Virus record (IMG/VR): IMGVR_UViG_3300035661_000004
Source: a virus
Taxonomy: Duplodnaviria > Caudoviricetes
DNA length: 64,000 nucleotides
Strand: one strand, 5' to 3'
Shown here: positions 9,458 to 19,986 of the stretch, piece by piece
Layout: every line of letters starts with the position of its first letter
How positions within the stretch are numbered: position 1 is the stretch's first letter
Position numbers and translations under genes: made by a program
The notes under the pieces: generated by a model
Seen by the model: the letters and a program-made list of their open reading frames with translations, nothing else
Database searches by the model: none
Told to the model about the DNA's origin: nothing

Positions 9458-10612
9458 ATGGCCGAACTCAAGACCTTCATCGCTGAAAACGCCCACACAG
9501 GCTTTGACATCATCGCGAAGCTGGACACGGTCCATGACCTGATCGATGTCAGGAAGTTCGAGCGCTACTACGAAGCTCCCATCAAGGCCTTCGAGGACGG
9601 CGCCAAGGCCGACGCTGTGTACAACACGGTTCATGTCGAAGCCAAGGACGCCGTCAACCGCATCTTCGACACGGCTTGGGAAAAGGTCGACTACGCCGCT
9701 CCGTGGTTTGGCTATCAACAGCCGAACCAGAAGGTGCTCAATGACGCCGACATCTACCCCGAGCACCACATCAACGGCACGAACTACAAGAAAGCAATCA
9801 GGACCCTCGACGCGATGGAAAAGGTCCTGAATGATGCCGAAAGCAAAGCCGCAATTGCGCAGCTCCGCCGGCTCGGTGATGCCTATAGCTACTGCATGGA
9901 CGCCTTCAAGGCCACCCAAAGCAAGGTCATCAAGGGGCGCCGCCCAAACTTGAATGCGGCGAATGAGTTCGCTTCGCGCATGGGTTCGGCTCACGCTGTG
10001 GCCACGGTGCGCACCAACCTGCTGAAGAGCATCACGCCGCCGCTCGATGACTTCGAGAAGCAAGTGCAGGCTTGGTTCGAGCGCGTGCTGGCTGGCCTTG
10101 ACGCTGCGTGCAAGGGCCAAACCGAGGTCAAGCCTTTCAAAAACCCCATCGACTCAATGGTCTTCAACAAGACGTACGACTTCAAGGCCAAGGGCTGGGA
10201 CGACAAGCGCGTGTACACCGAGCTGAAGCGTACTGCCAACGCAGATGCTTTTCCGAAGCACGAGGCTGCTATTCAGCGCAAGATAATCGAGGAGAAGTTC
10301 TTGCACAAGAACGCCCTCAAGCTGTCTGCCCTGTTGGACGCCAAGGGCAACCTGACCAGCATCGACGTGCTGCCCAGCTCGCCGGTCAAGCTGCACAACG
10401 GCGCCGGCACGCTGACCTCCGAGATGGTGGTCAAGTTTGCTGACGGCTCGAGCTTTACGGTGCGCAACAAGGTCATCATCAACCGCACCTCGCTGGGCAA
10501 TACCTTCTATCAGTTCCCGACCACCTTCCATGACGTGGTCAAGGCCGACGGCACCAAGCTCGATGCACCTTCCGAAGAGAAGATGCTGAAGGTCTTCGGC
10601 GGCAAGGCATGA
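9458..10612 (+). CDS. Hypothetical early protein
   Basis: 384-aa ORF with strong codon bias, early promoter at 9393-9421 and AGGAG RBS. Confidence 0.75.
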   Translation: MAELKTFIAENAHTGFDIIAKLDTVHDLIDVRKFERYYEAPIKAFEDGAKADAVYNTVHVEAKDAVNRIFDTAWEKVDYAAPWFGYQQPNQKVLNDADIYPEHHINGTNYKKAIRTLDAMEKVLNDAESKAAIAQLRRLGDAYSYCMDAFKATQSKVIKGRRPNLNAANEFASRMGSAHAVATVRTNLLKSITPPLDDFEKQVQAWFERVLAGLDAACKGQTEVKPFKNPIDSMVFNKTYDFKAKGWDDKRVYTELKRTANADAFPKHEAAIQRKIIEEKFLHKNALKLSALLDAKGNLTSIDVLPSSPVKLHNGAGTLTSEMVVKFADGSSFTVRNKVIINRTSLGNTFYQFPTTFHDVVKADGTKLDAPSEEKMLKVFGGKA

Positions 10613-11148
10613 GCGAACGGGCCGAGGCCCTCAAGCTGCAGCAGCGGCTTGTAGAGGTTTTTGCTCTCGGCCCGCTCCAAGCTACCATAGTTCACCTGGG
10701 CATCCTGCGAGTCAAGCTCCAGGTGCCTGGCTGTCACCGTGTCCTCGCTGTGCATCGCTCGGCGCATGAGGAAGAATCGCCGTTCCAAATTGGCATGGAC
10801 GTAGGGGATGGGTTAGAATTCATCGACTACTCGGTCTCCTTTGAAGGCTTACTCTCGGACATCGTCTTCAACTTCATGACAGACGCGTATGACTATAGTT
10901 TGTTCGAGCATGTCATGCACAATGTATATGAAGGCGCTAAGCCTGTAGACTGGAGCGATGAGCGCAGCATGCGGCTGCTCGGGCATTACTTGCTTAGCAA
11001 CAAGCTAGAGCTGCTTTGCATAGGCAACATGCAGCTCCCAGGGTTGGACTTTCTTGGACGGATTGACATTGCTAATGTTCCCATGTTCCTCTATGGCGTT
11101 GATGAGCTGCCGTCATGGTTACTATAAGTAAGTCTAGAGGAACATTCC

Positions 11149-11829
11149 ATGCCTATCCTAGACGTACTCCAACATCTCGCTGACGGCGAACCCGTCGTTG
11201 ACTTGACTCAGTTTGACGCGCCTGCTTTGCCTGAACCAGAACCGTTCGCAGCTGTCTACGGTTTTTGCCCACAGTGCGGCTCTCCGGGTGTTGCGCGCGA
11301 GAAGCGGCCGAACGGTAATGACATCTGTGACAATCAACATAAGTACCCGTCAGCTTCGGCGATCCTGCCGCCTACCGCTGTTGACCCAGAGCCTTTGCCT
11401 ACAGTTGAGCCAGAGCTGCCGCCTACTCCTGCTGGCGCTGAGTTGGCGTCGACCGCTCGTGACTTCATCTCGATCCTCTTCAGCGCTCGGGACCGTGCGC
11501 ATCAGCTGCACCTACGGACCAAGTCCTTCTCAAAGCATGTTGCCCTCGGCGACCTGTACCAAGGGCTGATCGACAAGGCTGACGAGATCGCTGAAGTTGT
11601 GCAAGGCGTTCACGGAATCATGGGCCCTGTCATGGGTGACGTGCAGAGCATGACCTCGCACGCTGACACTGTAGACGAGGAGATCAGGCTGTTCATGGAC
11701 GCGCTCACCGCTGTGTGTGCAGCAGGCCACCACGCATTTAGCCCTGCTGAAACTTTCATTCACAACCTGGTAGACGAGGTTCAAGCCCTCGTGTACAGGA
11801 CGAAATACAAGCTTGAAAACCTAGCCTAA
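11149..11829 (+). CDS. Zn-ribbon plus ferritin/Dps-like four-helix-bundle protein (DUF5856-like)
   Basis: CPQC...ICDNQH; AHQLHLRTKSFSKHVALGDLYQGL..KADEIAE pattern. Confidence 0.65.
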   Translation: MPILDVLQHLADGEPVVDLTQFDAPALPEPEPFAAVYGFCPQCGSPGVAREKRPNGNDICDNQHKYPSASAILPPTAVDPEPLPTVEPELPPTPAGAELASTARDFISILFSARDRAHQLHLRTKSFSKHVALGDLYQGLIDKADEIAEVVQGVHGIMGPVMGDVQSMTSHADTVDEEIRLFMDALTAVCAAGHHAFSPAETFIHNLVDEVQALVYRTKYKLENLA

Positions 11830-11833
11830 AAAC

Positions 11834-12676
11834 ATGAAGCATCTCATAGCTATAGCTCTCCTCGCCGTCTCAGGCTTCGCCGCAGCCCAAGGCTCAACAA
11901 CGCCGCAAACCAGCGCCGGCGTGTACTGTTCAGCCGAAAATGAAACATGCGTGTTACCGTTTGCAGGTACGTATGACGTGTCATATGGCATCGAGGGTAT
12001 GTTCACTGTCAAGCAGGGCCTGTCAGGGTCGATCGCTTGCTCCAATGACTACTTCATGGACCCGGCTCACGGAGCCGCTAAGGCTTGCTACTATAAGCAA
12101 GCCGGAGCTGTAACCCCGCCGAGCACGCCAGCATCAGGTTCCGCCGTAGCGCCCCTGCCGAAGTGCTGGCCGAAGCCGATCGGTACGGGCACTAGGCTCC
12201 GAACTAACTCGTCTGATACGGGCGTTTGGGCTTGGTGGTATTGCTCCAACAAGGTCATGTACGAGCCTCAGTTTGTCGTGGTCTCGAAGCTGACCTACTC
12301 AAACTCGACCTTCTTCAATGACATGGCAGCCGTGCTTGCGTCAACCTCGCCGGTGACCGCGCTCAACGCGCTGTGGACCGCGAAGGTCAAGGATAACCCT
12401 GACAACATCCCAGCTGAGCTCTACAGGTTGGTAGGCGTTGACATGTTCACCGGCTACACCGTGCCGCTCAACGGCACCGCCGCGACACGCCCGACATACT
12501 CATCTACGCCCCTCAATGGCAAGTTGGACCCGAAGGTGACCGGTTCGGTCAAGGTCGGAGCAGCTTGCTATTGCAACCTGTGGCGCTCCATTGATACCGG
12601 TCGTCAGTACTGTGCGATCAATGAATCGCCTAGCTACCAGTACTCAGTGTCCGTTTGTGAGCCGAAGCTGCAATGA
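11834..12676 (+). CDS. Secreted Cys-rich protein with a possible carbohydrate-binding N-terminal domain
   Basis: Signal peptide; C.AENE.C...V.YG...C.N..F.DP..G..KAC pattern. Confidence 0.5.
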   Translation: MKHLIAIALLAVSGFAAAQGSTTPQTSAGVYCSAENETCVLPFAGTYDVSYGIEGMFTVKQGLSGSIACSNDYFMDPAHGAAKACYYKQAGAVTPPSTPASGSAVAPLPKCWPKPIGTGTRLRTNSSDTGVWAWWYCSNKVMYEPQFVVVSKLTYSNSTFFNDMAAVLASTSPVTALNALWTAKVKDNPDNIPAELYRLVGVDMFTGYTVPLNGTAATRPTYSSTPLNGKLDPKVTGSVKVGAACYCNLWRSIDTGRQYCAINESPSYQYSVSVCEPKLQ

Positions 12677-13467
12677 AGGCTTGGCTCCTCTCGCTCGCGC
12701 TGTTAGTAGGAGCCGTACAAGCGGCTCCCCAGCAGCCACCTCGGCCGCTAAGCGAATGCAAGGACCAGCTACCCTACGGCGCTCCTAAGGGCCGTAAGCA
12801 GCGCACATTAGGTCAGTGCCGCAAGGCTTATGCGGTCGAGTATGACCCGCAGGCTAAGGTACCGGTGTGGGTCTCCTACGTGCTGGTGCCTACAAACAGC
12901 GTAGGCTGTGGCAAGCGGACCAATGCCTTCGCTGTTGACCAAAGCCTCAAGAAGGCTGACCGTGCATCGCTCGCTGACTACAACAAGAGCGGCTATGACA
13001 CAGGCCACATGGCTAACAACAGCGACATGCGTTGGGACGTTGAGGCAGAGCGCGAGTCGTTCTACTTAACCAACATGGCACCTCAGCTGCCGTCATTCAA
13101 CCGCGGCGTGTGGAAAGCCCTTGAAAGCACGACACGTAGCTGGTCAGTCTCACGCCTGCACCCGCTGCTTATCTACGTGGGTCCAGTCTATGGCGTGCAA
13201 GACAGCACGATCGGCAAGAACCGTGTCGTGGTGCCGCACGCCTTCTACAAGGTCATTGTGGACATCATGACCGGCGAGGCGCAGGTCTTCCTGTTCAAGC
13301 ACGAAGATGGCAAGCATGCCGGCATTGAAACCTTCAAGTCGAGCTTGCCAGAGGTCCAGCGCCAGACAAGCGTCACCTTCCCGATGCCAGCTAACGTGAG
13401 CTACCCACAGCTGTGGGCGACCCCGACATCCGCTGCCGCCCTCAAGGCGACATCGTGCCCGCAATAG
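12673..13467 (+). CDS. Secreted DNA/RNA non-specific endonuclease (NucA/EndA family)
   Basis: Signal peptide; YDTGHMA, FYLTNMAPQLPSFNRGVWKALE and VPHAFYKV motifs. Confidence 0.9.
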   Translation: MKAWLLSLALLVGAVQAAPQQPPRPLSECKDQLPYGAPKGRKQRTLGQCRKAYAVEYDPQAKVPVWVSYVLVPTNSVGCGKRTNAFAVDQSLKKADRASLADYNKSGYDTGHMANNSDMRWDVEAERESFYLTNMAPQLPSFNRGVWKALESTTRSWSVSRLHPLLIYVGPVYGVQDSTIGKNRVVVPHAFYKVIVDIMTGEAQVFLFKHEDGKHAGIETFKSSLPEVQRQTSVTFPMPANVSYPQLWATPTSAAALKATSCPQ

Positions 13468-13535
13468 GTGTTTACACGAGCTGACTCTTGGGTTACAATC
13501 TAACTAACCGTTAGTTAGAAACTTAGGAGTCAGTC

Positions 13536-13931
13536 ATGGCGCTCGAGCTGTACCCCACAGGCACCCAGGTGGTCTTCTTCTCCAAAGGTCATCCCAGAGA
13601 CCGGTGCGTCTGCAAGGTCGTCGAGTCCGCATGCGTCGAGAAGGGCAAGAACAAGTACTACAAGTACACCCTTGATCATGACGGCACGCCGTTCAAGACT
13701 GAGGACGGCGAGAACGGTGTCCGTGTCGAGAAAGTCACGGCGACCCCTGGCACCGTGCTCTACAAGAGCCCGTCAAAGGTGATGATTATCACCAAGAACT
13801 CAGGCCCTGCATTCACCCTTAGCCCGTCTACCTTCACCGATGATGAGCTTGACGCGCTGGTGCAGGATAAGCCGATCAACGTCATCCACACCGAGTTCCT
13901 GCCACGCTTCGTCACGTTTGAGGCCCTGTGA
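13536..13931 (+). CDS. Hypothetical early protein
   Basis: Early promoter at 13471-13499 and AGGAG RBS. Confidence 0.7.
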   Translation: MALELYPTGTQVVFFSKGHPRDRCVCKVVESACVEKGKNKYYKYTLDHDGTPFKTEDGENGVRVEKVTATPGTVLYKSPSKVMIITKNSGPAFTLSPSTFTDDELDALVQDKPINVIHTEFLPRFVTFEAL

Positions 13932-14150
13932 GCGAGGCTCTGTGTTTCGCTCGAGTTTACAACCGGCGGACAGACTTGGGGTGTGCGCTGTATGGCGTGC
14001 TTACTCTTACATATGGGGCACAAACACAGAGCCTTCGATGGAATTCGTAACCCTGATGAAGGCCATGAAAAGTGGGTGAAGCGCGGGTTTGAGCAAGTAG
14101 TGCTTGACGCTGCTATGTGCTCAGACTCAACCCTCAACAGTTACATTTTG

Positions 14151-14175
14151 AAAGGACCTGCGGGTCCTTTTTTTT
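14151..14175 (+). terminator. Rho-independent terminator
   Basis: AAAGGACC-TGCG-GGTCCTTT followed by a T run. Confidence 0.85.
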
Positions 14176-14195
14176 CATGCGTGCTAAATAGCCGC

Positions 14196-15806
14196 ATGAA
14201 AAGCGAGTTCATCAAGAAGCCCAACCAGGTAGAAAACTACACCCACCAGCAGGTCATGGAGCTGGCTCGTTGCATGAATGATCCGATCTACTTCATGCGC
14301 ACGTACATGAAGGTGCAGCACCCGGTCCGAGGTTCGATTCCGTTCTTGATGTACGACTATCAAGAGAAGGCCGTCAGGTCCTTCATGAACCACAAGGACA
14401 GCATCGTTATGCTGGGTCGGCAGATGGGCAAGACCACGGTTATTGCCGCTTTCCTCCTCTGGTTTGCCTGCTTCTATCGTGACCCATCGGTAGCCGCCGG
14501 CGAAGATTCCTCCAACTACATCCTGGTGGCGTCCAAGGACAATGACGCTGCTATGGACGTGCTGAACCGGATCCGGTTCTCCTATGAAGAGCTCCCGATG
14601 TGGCTCAAGCCAGGCTGCATCTACTTCAACCGCCACGAGATCGCTCTCGACAATGGCTCAACCATCAAGTCATCGGCTACCACCGAAGGCACGGGTCGCG
14701 GTCGCTCGATCTCGCTCCTGATGATTGACGAGCTGGCTTTTGTCAACCGGCAAATCCAGCAAGCGATGTGGACTTCGCTTGCGCCAACCCTGTCAACAGG
14801 TGGCCGATGCATCATCTCCTCAACGCCTAACGGCGACTCGGACATGTTTGCTCAGTTGTGGCGGCAAGGCATGGCTGAAGAGACGACGGTCGTTAATGAC
14901 GAAGAGGAGATCGACATCAACTTCCATCCGGTCTTTGCGCCGTGGTATGACCACCCGGACCGGGGCGCCGGCGATGAAACCTCTAAGGAGGGCATCCTCT
15001 ACAAGAAGCGAATGATCGCCAAGGTCGGCGAGCTGATGTTCCGCCAAGAGTACGCGTGCGAGTTCCTATCCAATGACCCGCTGCTGATTAGCTCACTAAT
15101 AGCTAACAGCTGGAAGTCCCAAGACCCGTTGTTCAAGGACAACGGCTTCAACTTCTATGAACGCATCGACCCTCGCAAGGAGTACTTGGTTGGCTGTGAC
15201 GTGGCAGAGGGCCTGGGTCAGGACTCGTCCGTCGTCGAGGTCTTTGACACTAGACTTGTGCAGGTAGCCGAGTTCCGCTCTAACAAGGTAAGTGAAGCGG
15301 AGCTGTTCGACAAGATCAAGTGGATCATCAACTACCTGACCAGCAACAAGGCTAAGCTGATGTGGTCTTACGAGAACAACTCATGCGGCAAGGTCATCTC
15401 GACCCTCTACTACAAGGATGAGAAGTTCCCAGGCGAAGGCGAGCTGATCAGCGTTGGTGAGAAGCTCGGCATGAACACCAACGCCTCCACTAAGAAGGAG
15501 GCCTCCAAAGACCTGAAGCGCCTGCTTGAGTCAGGCTCGATGACTGTCCGCTCCAAGGACCTGATCAACGAGTTCAAGAACTACGCTCAAAGCCGAACCG
15601 ACGGCATCTACGCTGCCAAACCGGGCGCGACCGATGACTGCGTCTCAGCTTGCTTGATCATCACGCGCTTGTTCAAGTACGTAACCGCTTACGACGATGA
15701 CGCCTTCGATCGGCTGTACCGCAGCCGTCAAGGCACGGGCGAGGAGCTGGGCATGGGCGAGTATGCAGGCAGGGACATGGAGCCGATGCCGATGGCGATC
15801 CTCTAA
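14196..15806 (+). CDS. terL: Terminase large subunit (T4 gp17-like)
   Basis: YFMRTY.K..HP.RG.IPF..YDYQ, Walker A GRQMGKTT, LLMIDELAFV, IISSTPNG, GCDVAEGLGQD and DDCVSA; TAAATA at 14185-14190 sets the start at 14196. Confidence 0.95.
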   Translation: MKSEFIKKPNQVENYTHQQVMELARCMNDPIYFMRTYMKVQHPVRGSIPFLMYDYQEKAVRSFMNHKDSIVMLGRQMGKTTVIAAFLLWFACFYRDPSVAAGEDSSNYILVASKDNDAAMDVLNRIRFSYEELPMWLKPGCIYFNRHEIALDNGSTIKSSATTEGTGRGRSISLLMIDELAFVNRQIQQAMWTSLAPTLSTGGRCIISSTPNGDSDMFAQLWRQGMAEETTVVNDEEEIDINFHPVFAPWYDHPDRGAGDETSKEGILYKKRMIAKVGELMFRQEYACEFLSNDPLLISSLIANSWKSQDPLFKDNGFNFYERIDPRKEYLVGCDVAEGLGQDSSVVEVFDTRLVQVAEFRSNKVSEAELFDKIKWIINYLTSNKAKLMWSYENNSCGKVISTLYYKDEKFPGEGELISVGEKLGMNTNASTKKEASKDLKRLLESGSMTVRSKDLINEFKNYAQSRTDGIYAAKPGATDDCVSACLIITRLFKYVTAYDDDAFDRLYRSRQGTGEELGMGEYAGRDMEPMPMAIL

Positions 15807-16383
15807 AGTTGCTTGGCCAAAATGGCCTCTGAGCGGGCATTTGAGTATATAATGATTCTTGGTACCCGCCCAATCAACTAGATTGGCTGCCTTAATTGGA
15901 CAAGCTCATGAGCGTTGAACTTATCAAGCCCGATTCGGGTGATCGCCGTACCCAAAAGGTTAGCAAAGACCAGAATCAGTCTCAGTCGCATAAAGGGCGC
16001 TATCAACGACTTAAGTTGCTTGGGCTGTGCGTGATGTGCGAGACGACTCCCGTTGAAGGCAGGTCATACTGTATCGCCTGTTCTAGCAAGCAGGTCATCG
16101 CATCGGCAAAGCACGGTGCTCGCAAGATGCTGGCTAAGCATGGGATCAAGGATGCGGCTATCGCCCGTTCGGCTATTGCTCAGCTGCACTTCATTCGGCC
16201 TGACATTCAAGCCGTGCTCGAGCAGCTCGTTGCCTTTTTGGCTGACATTGAAGCACGGTAAATATCCCGCTCTTTCCAAAATGCATGGGCAAACGGAAGG
16301 ATCATATAATCAACTCGGCTATAAATATAGCGTTCAGCATAACTGATATTGCTGATCTTTTTATAAGGTAACAGGTAAACATC

Positions 16384-17280
16384 ATGGCTCTCTCATTCGA
16401 CCAACTCAAGGCTGCATTCGGCAAGCGCACCACTGGCGGTGGTTCCAACGAAAACACCGGCTTCTGGGACAAGTTCTACCCATTCTACAAGATGGGCTTC
16501 GGTGAAACGGCTCTCTTCCGTTTCCTCCCTGACGCAAATGAAGAAAACCCGCTGGGCTTCATCGTCGAAAACAAGTACCACGAGTTCACGATCAACGGCA
16601 AGAAGAAGCGCATCGCTTGCCTGAAGATGCATGACGGCCACGAGGCTCACTGCCCGGCGTGCGCCGCTTCGGCGAAGTACTACAACGAGCTCGGCGACGA
16701 GAAGATGGGCAAGCTCTTCTGGCGCAAGATCGACTACATCGGCGCCGGCCTGGTGATGCATTCCCCGTTCGAGTACCCGATCAAGCCCGAAGACAACCCG
16801 GTCCGCCTGGTCTCCCTAGGCCCGAAGCTCTTCAAGCGTGTCGAGACCTCGATCGCAAGCGGCGACTTCGATGTCGCTCCGTATGACCTCCTGGAAGGCT
16901 TCGACTTCAAGATCATGAAGACGAAGCAGGGCGAGTACGCCGACTACTCCTCTTCGGAGTTCGTGCGGAAGGCTTCGGCGATCCCAGAGAACATCCTCTC
17001 CCGTCTGGAGCTGGTGGACCTTAACAAGTTCCGCTTCGCTCGTGTGGAAGCTGATGTCATGCAGGCCCAAATCGAGGCCTTCCTGACCGGCAAGTCCTAC
17101 GAGGACTCGCGCGAAGGCGACACCACCGGCTCGCCGAACGTGGACTCTCCGAAGGAAACCCCAGTGCTGTCGGCCGCAACTCCGGCCGCTGACGGCGCTC
17201 CTCCGGCTGAAGGCGGCTCTGCTTCCGATCGCGCCCGCGCCCTGCTGGCTCGCATCAACAAGGACCGCGCAGCTAAGTAA
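16384..17280 (+). CDS. Single-stranded DNA-binding protein (T4 gp32-like)
   Basis: ALFRFLP, C..CP.C zinc site, LEGFDFKIMK.KQGEYADYSSSEF, acidic tail; TATAAATA at 16320-16327. Confidence 0.85.
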   Translation: MALSFDQLKAAFGKRTTGGGSNENTGFWDKFYPFYKMGFGETALFRFLPDANEENPLGFIVENKYHEFTINGKKKRIACLKMHDGHEAHCPACAASAKYYNELGDEKMGKLFWRKIDYIGAGLVMHSPFEYPIKPEDNPVRLVSLGPKLFKRVETSIASGDFDVAPYDLLEGFDFKIMKTKQGEYADYSSSEFVRKASAIPENILSRLELVDLNKFRFARVEADVMQAQIEAFLTGKSYEDSREGDTTGSPNVDSPKETPVLSAATPAADGAPPAEGGSASDRARALLARINKDRAAK

Positions 17281-17290
17281 GCTCGCAATG

Positions 17291-17317
17291 AGGGAGGCTT
17301 CGGCCTCCCTTTCTCTT
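17291..17317 (+). terminator. Rho-independent terminator after gp32
   Basis: AGGGAGGC-TTCG-GCCTCCCT followed by a pyrimidine tract. Confidence 0.8.
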
Positions 17318-17477
17318 CTCTGGAAGCATAGCATATGAACACCCTCTCAGGAGCCTGCAATGGGCTCTCGGCTAGCCAACCTTCGGCACAGTTAACCTTT
17401 ACGCTGACGCACAGCCCGTATGGCGTGCACAGCAGCGGCCTCGCTCTCGCGGTGGCCTTCGTCAACAACCTCGCCCA

Positions 17478-18548
17478 ATGACACTGAAATTCCTCAAGGA
17501 CTTTCGCAAGAACGCCTCGAAGCTCGAGAACGTTAACCTGGACGCCAAGCCGCCGGCGTTCTGGTACAGCACCGGCAACTATGCGTTGAACCGGATTATC
17601 TCGGGAAGCTATCGCTTCGGCTTCCCGCAAGGCCGCGTGACCGCGCTGGCTGGCCCGTCTGACTCGGGCAAGTCCTTCCTGCTGACCAACGGCATGAAGC
17701 AGGCTCAGGCCGAAGGTGCATACGTGCTCGCCATCGACACCGAGAATGCGCTCGACTACAACTACCTTAAGCGCGTCGGCGTCAACGTGAGCCCGGATCA
17801 CTTCCAGCCTGTGCAGGTCGTGACGGTGAACGACGTGGTCGATGTTTTGTCCGACTTCGTAGGTCTATACCTCAAGGACTACGGGAAGTACAATCCAGAG
17901 GCGCCCAAAGTCTTTGTGGGCATCGACTCGTTGTCTATGCTTTTGACGGAAGCGGAGAACGAGAACTTCTCCAAGGGCGACCAGAAGGGCGACCAAGGTC
18001 AGCAAGCCAAGCAGATCAAGCACTTCCTGAAGACCATGGTCTCCCGGATGAAGATGACCAACATGACGCTGGTCACAACCGCGCACGTCTACTCAGCCGA
18101 CCCGCTGAAGGGCGAAGGCATGTACTCTGTGACGCCGTCCCTGCGCTACGCTTGCAGCCAGATCCCAATCATCACCAAGCTCAAGCTGCGTGACGAGGAC
18201 GCCAAGGGCAACAAGACGACGATCGGCATTCGCCTCAAGGCTGAGACCTTCAAGTCGCGCTTCTCGCTCATCGGCTCAAAGGTCGAGCTCGAAGTGCCGT
18301 ACGATGTGGGCCTGGACCCGACCAGCGGCTTGCTGGAGCGTCTCCGCGAAGACGAGGTCATCACCAAGTCAGCGGCCTGGAACACCCTGGACTATGAAGG
18401 CGTCAGCCGCAAGTTCATGGACAAAGAGCTGACGGCTGAGATCGTCGAGCTCTGCCTCAACCACCCGAAGCTCAAAGCCGTTGACGAGCGCTTCAGCTCG
18501 CTCGATCTTGACGTTGAAGACACACCCGAAGAAGGACTCGCAACATGA
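17478..18548 (+). CDS. uvsX: RecA-like recombinase UvsX
   Basis: STGNYALNRIISG, Walker A GPSDSGKS, IDTENALD, IDSLSML. Confidence 0.92.
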   Translation: MTLKFLKDFRKNASKLENVNLDAKPPAFWYSTGNYALNRIISGSYRFGFPQGRVTALAGPSDSGKSFLLTNGMKQAQAEGAYVLAIDTENALDYNYLKRVGVNVSPDHFQPVQVVTVNDVVDVLSDFVGLYLKDYGKYNPEAPKVFVGIDSLSMLLTEAENENFSKGDQKGDQGQQAKQIKHFLKTMVSRMKMTNMTLVTTAHVYSADPLKGEGMYSVTPSLRYACSQIPIITKLKLRDEDAKGNKTTIGIRLKAETFKSRFSLIGSKVELEVPYDVGLDPTSGLLERLREDEVITKSAAWNTLDYEGVSRKFMDKELTAEIVELCLNHPKLKAVDERFSSLDLDVEDTPEEGLAT

Positions 18549-18741
18549 AGACCATCGAATACAAGCCAGATGACGTGATCATCGCACGAGTGGGCGTCAT
18601 GCCCAGCGCCACGCCTTACCAAGTCAGGTCCACCCTGCAAGGCGTCCGTAGGGCCATCAAGAAGTCCTTCTACAGCAACCAGGTGCTCGTGCTGGCTGAG
18701 ATCGGCGGCCTGGGCGTGGACATCACCTTCGCGAGGAAAGT

Positions 18742-19074
18742 ATGAGCATCAACCTGCAACCTCTTAACGAGCAAGTCTGGGTCCAGCCGTTGGCCCATGA
18801 CAGCAACGAGCTCTACTCCGACGCCAAGGTGGGCCAGCAAGGCGTGCTGACTGTGATCGAGAATCAGAAGGCTCCGTCGCGCGGCATCGTGTTGGCTGTT
18901 GGGCCAGGCAAGCGTGACCAGGTCAACGGCCTGCCGATTCAAATGCCTGCGATCAAGGAAGGTGACATCATCCGCTGGACAGCTGGCTCGGCGATGCCGC
19001 TGGCCTTTGGCAAGCAGAAGATGTGGGTAGTCGCCGGCTCGGCGCTCCTCGGCATCGAGCGAGTCCCGACCTAA
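18742..19074 (+). CDS. groES: Co-chaperonin GroES/Cpn10 (gp31-like)
   Basis: LQPLNEQVWV...GIVLAVGPGK...IKEGDII. Confidence 0.85.
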   Translation: MSINLQPLNEQVWVQPLAHDSNELYSDAKVGQQGVLTVIENQKAPSRGIVLAVGPGKRDQVNGLPIQMPAIKEGDIIRWTAGSAMPLAFGKQKMWVVAGSALLGIERVPT

Positions 19075-19536
19075 ATGTCCTTCACGGGTAGCCTGAAGAA
19101 CCAACCGCTCTCAAAGATTGCTGAGCGGATGGCGACATACGAGATGGTGATTCAATCATCAGCTCCTGTTTTCGAGATGTCGGGCCGCAGGCTCGAGGAT
19201 CTCTGCAAGGCTCACCCACAGGACCTCTCGATGTACAACCTCCTGCTGCAAGAGTGCAAGACCATCGAGCAGTATGTCGAAGCCAAAGCGGAAGAGCAAG
19301 AAGGCCTGCTCTACCGCAAGTACATCGAGTCAGGGGCTCGCGCTCTCGGCGCCACGGAGCTCAAACAGTATGTGAAGAGCGACCCGTTGGCGATTGAGAT
19401 CAAGACCATCCTGATCGAAGTCAACCATGTCAAGCGCAGCCTCGAAGCAATCGTGTCGGCGCTTGAGTCAATGGGCTGGACCCTCAGCAACATCACGAAG
19501 CTGCGAGTCGCCCAAGCGGACCACGTCATCCTATGA
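19075..19536 (+). CDS. uvsY: Recombination mediator UvsY-like
   Basis: Coiled-coil, YRKYIE...ELKQYVKSDP...ALESMGWTLSNITKLR; lies between UvsX and UvsW. Confidence 0.6.
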   Translation: MSFTGSLKNQPLSKIAERMATYEMVIQSSAPVFEMSGRRLEDLCKAHPQDLSMYNLLLQECKTIEQYVEAKAEEQEGLLYRKYIESGARALGATELKQYVKSDPLAIEIKTILIEVNHVKRSLEAIVSALESMGWTLSNITKLRVAQADHVIL

Positions 19537-19986
19537 GCCACTTCTACATCCAACCTTCCTCGATCGTCGTCATCCACGTGGAGTACGGCCTCGAGCGCTC
19601 GCAAGCGGTTGTTGACCTGCAGACGCACATCACCACGGTCTTCAACGCGAAGGCTGTCGTCGTGCCGTCGTCAATCACCGGCCTTGAGATTCAAGTGCTG
19701 TCGCCTGACGGCTTGAACGTCTTCTCTGCGGCCGGTTTGAGCAACGCTCCAGTTGGGTCCGGGACCACAGCAACCCCAGGCACCGTCTTGGGCAGCAGGC
19801 CATGACTGACCAGCCTCAGGTCAATGACGCTGAGGCGGTGGTCGACAAGATCCTCGAGGACATTAGCGACTCGGTCTACATGGGCTCGATGATGCTGGCT
19901 CTCTCAAAGCCGCAACGTGACCGTATGCGTAGGCGCTGGATCAAGATCATTGAAGGCGCTCAAGTTGAGCGCGACTGGGCTAACTA

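Noticed and set aside
14053-14070. Hammerhead ribozyme core (CTGATGA...GAAA)
   Set aside because: The intervening sequence cannot form stem II, and stems I/III with a cleavage triplet are missing.
13983-14195. N-terminal extension of the terminase ORF
   Set aside because: It spans a terminator and the late promoter; the homologous start is MKSEFIKK at 14196. No intein or intron is evident in terL.
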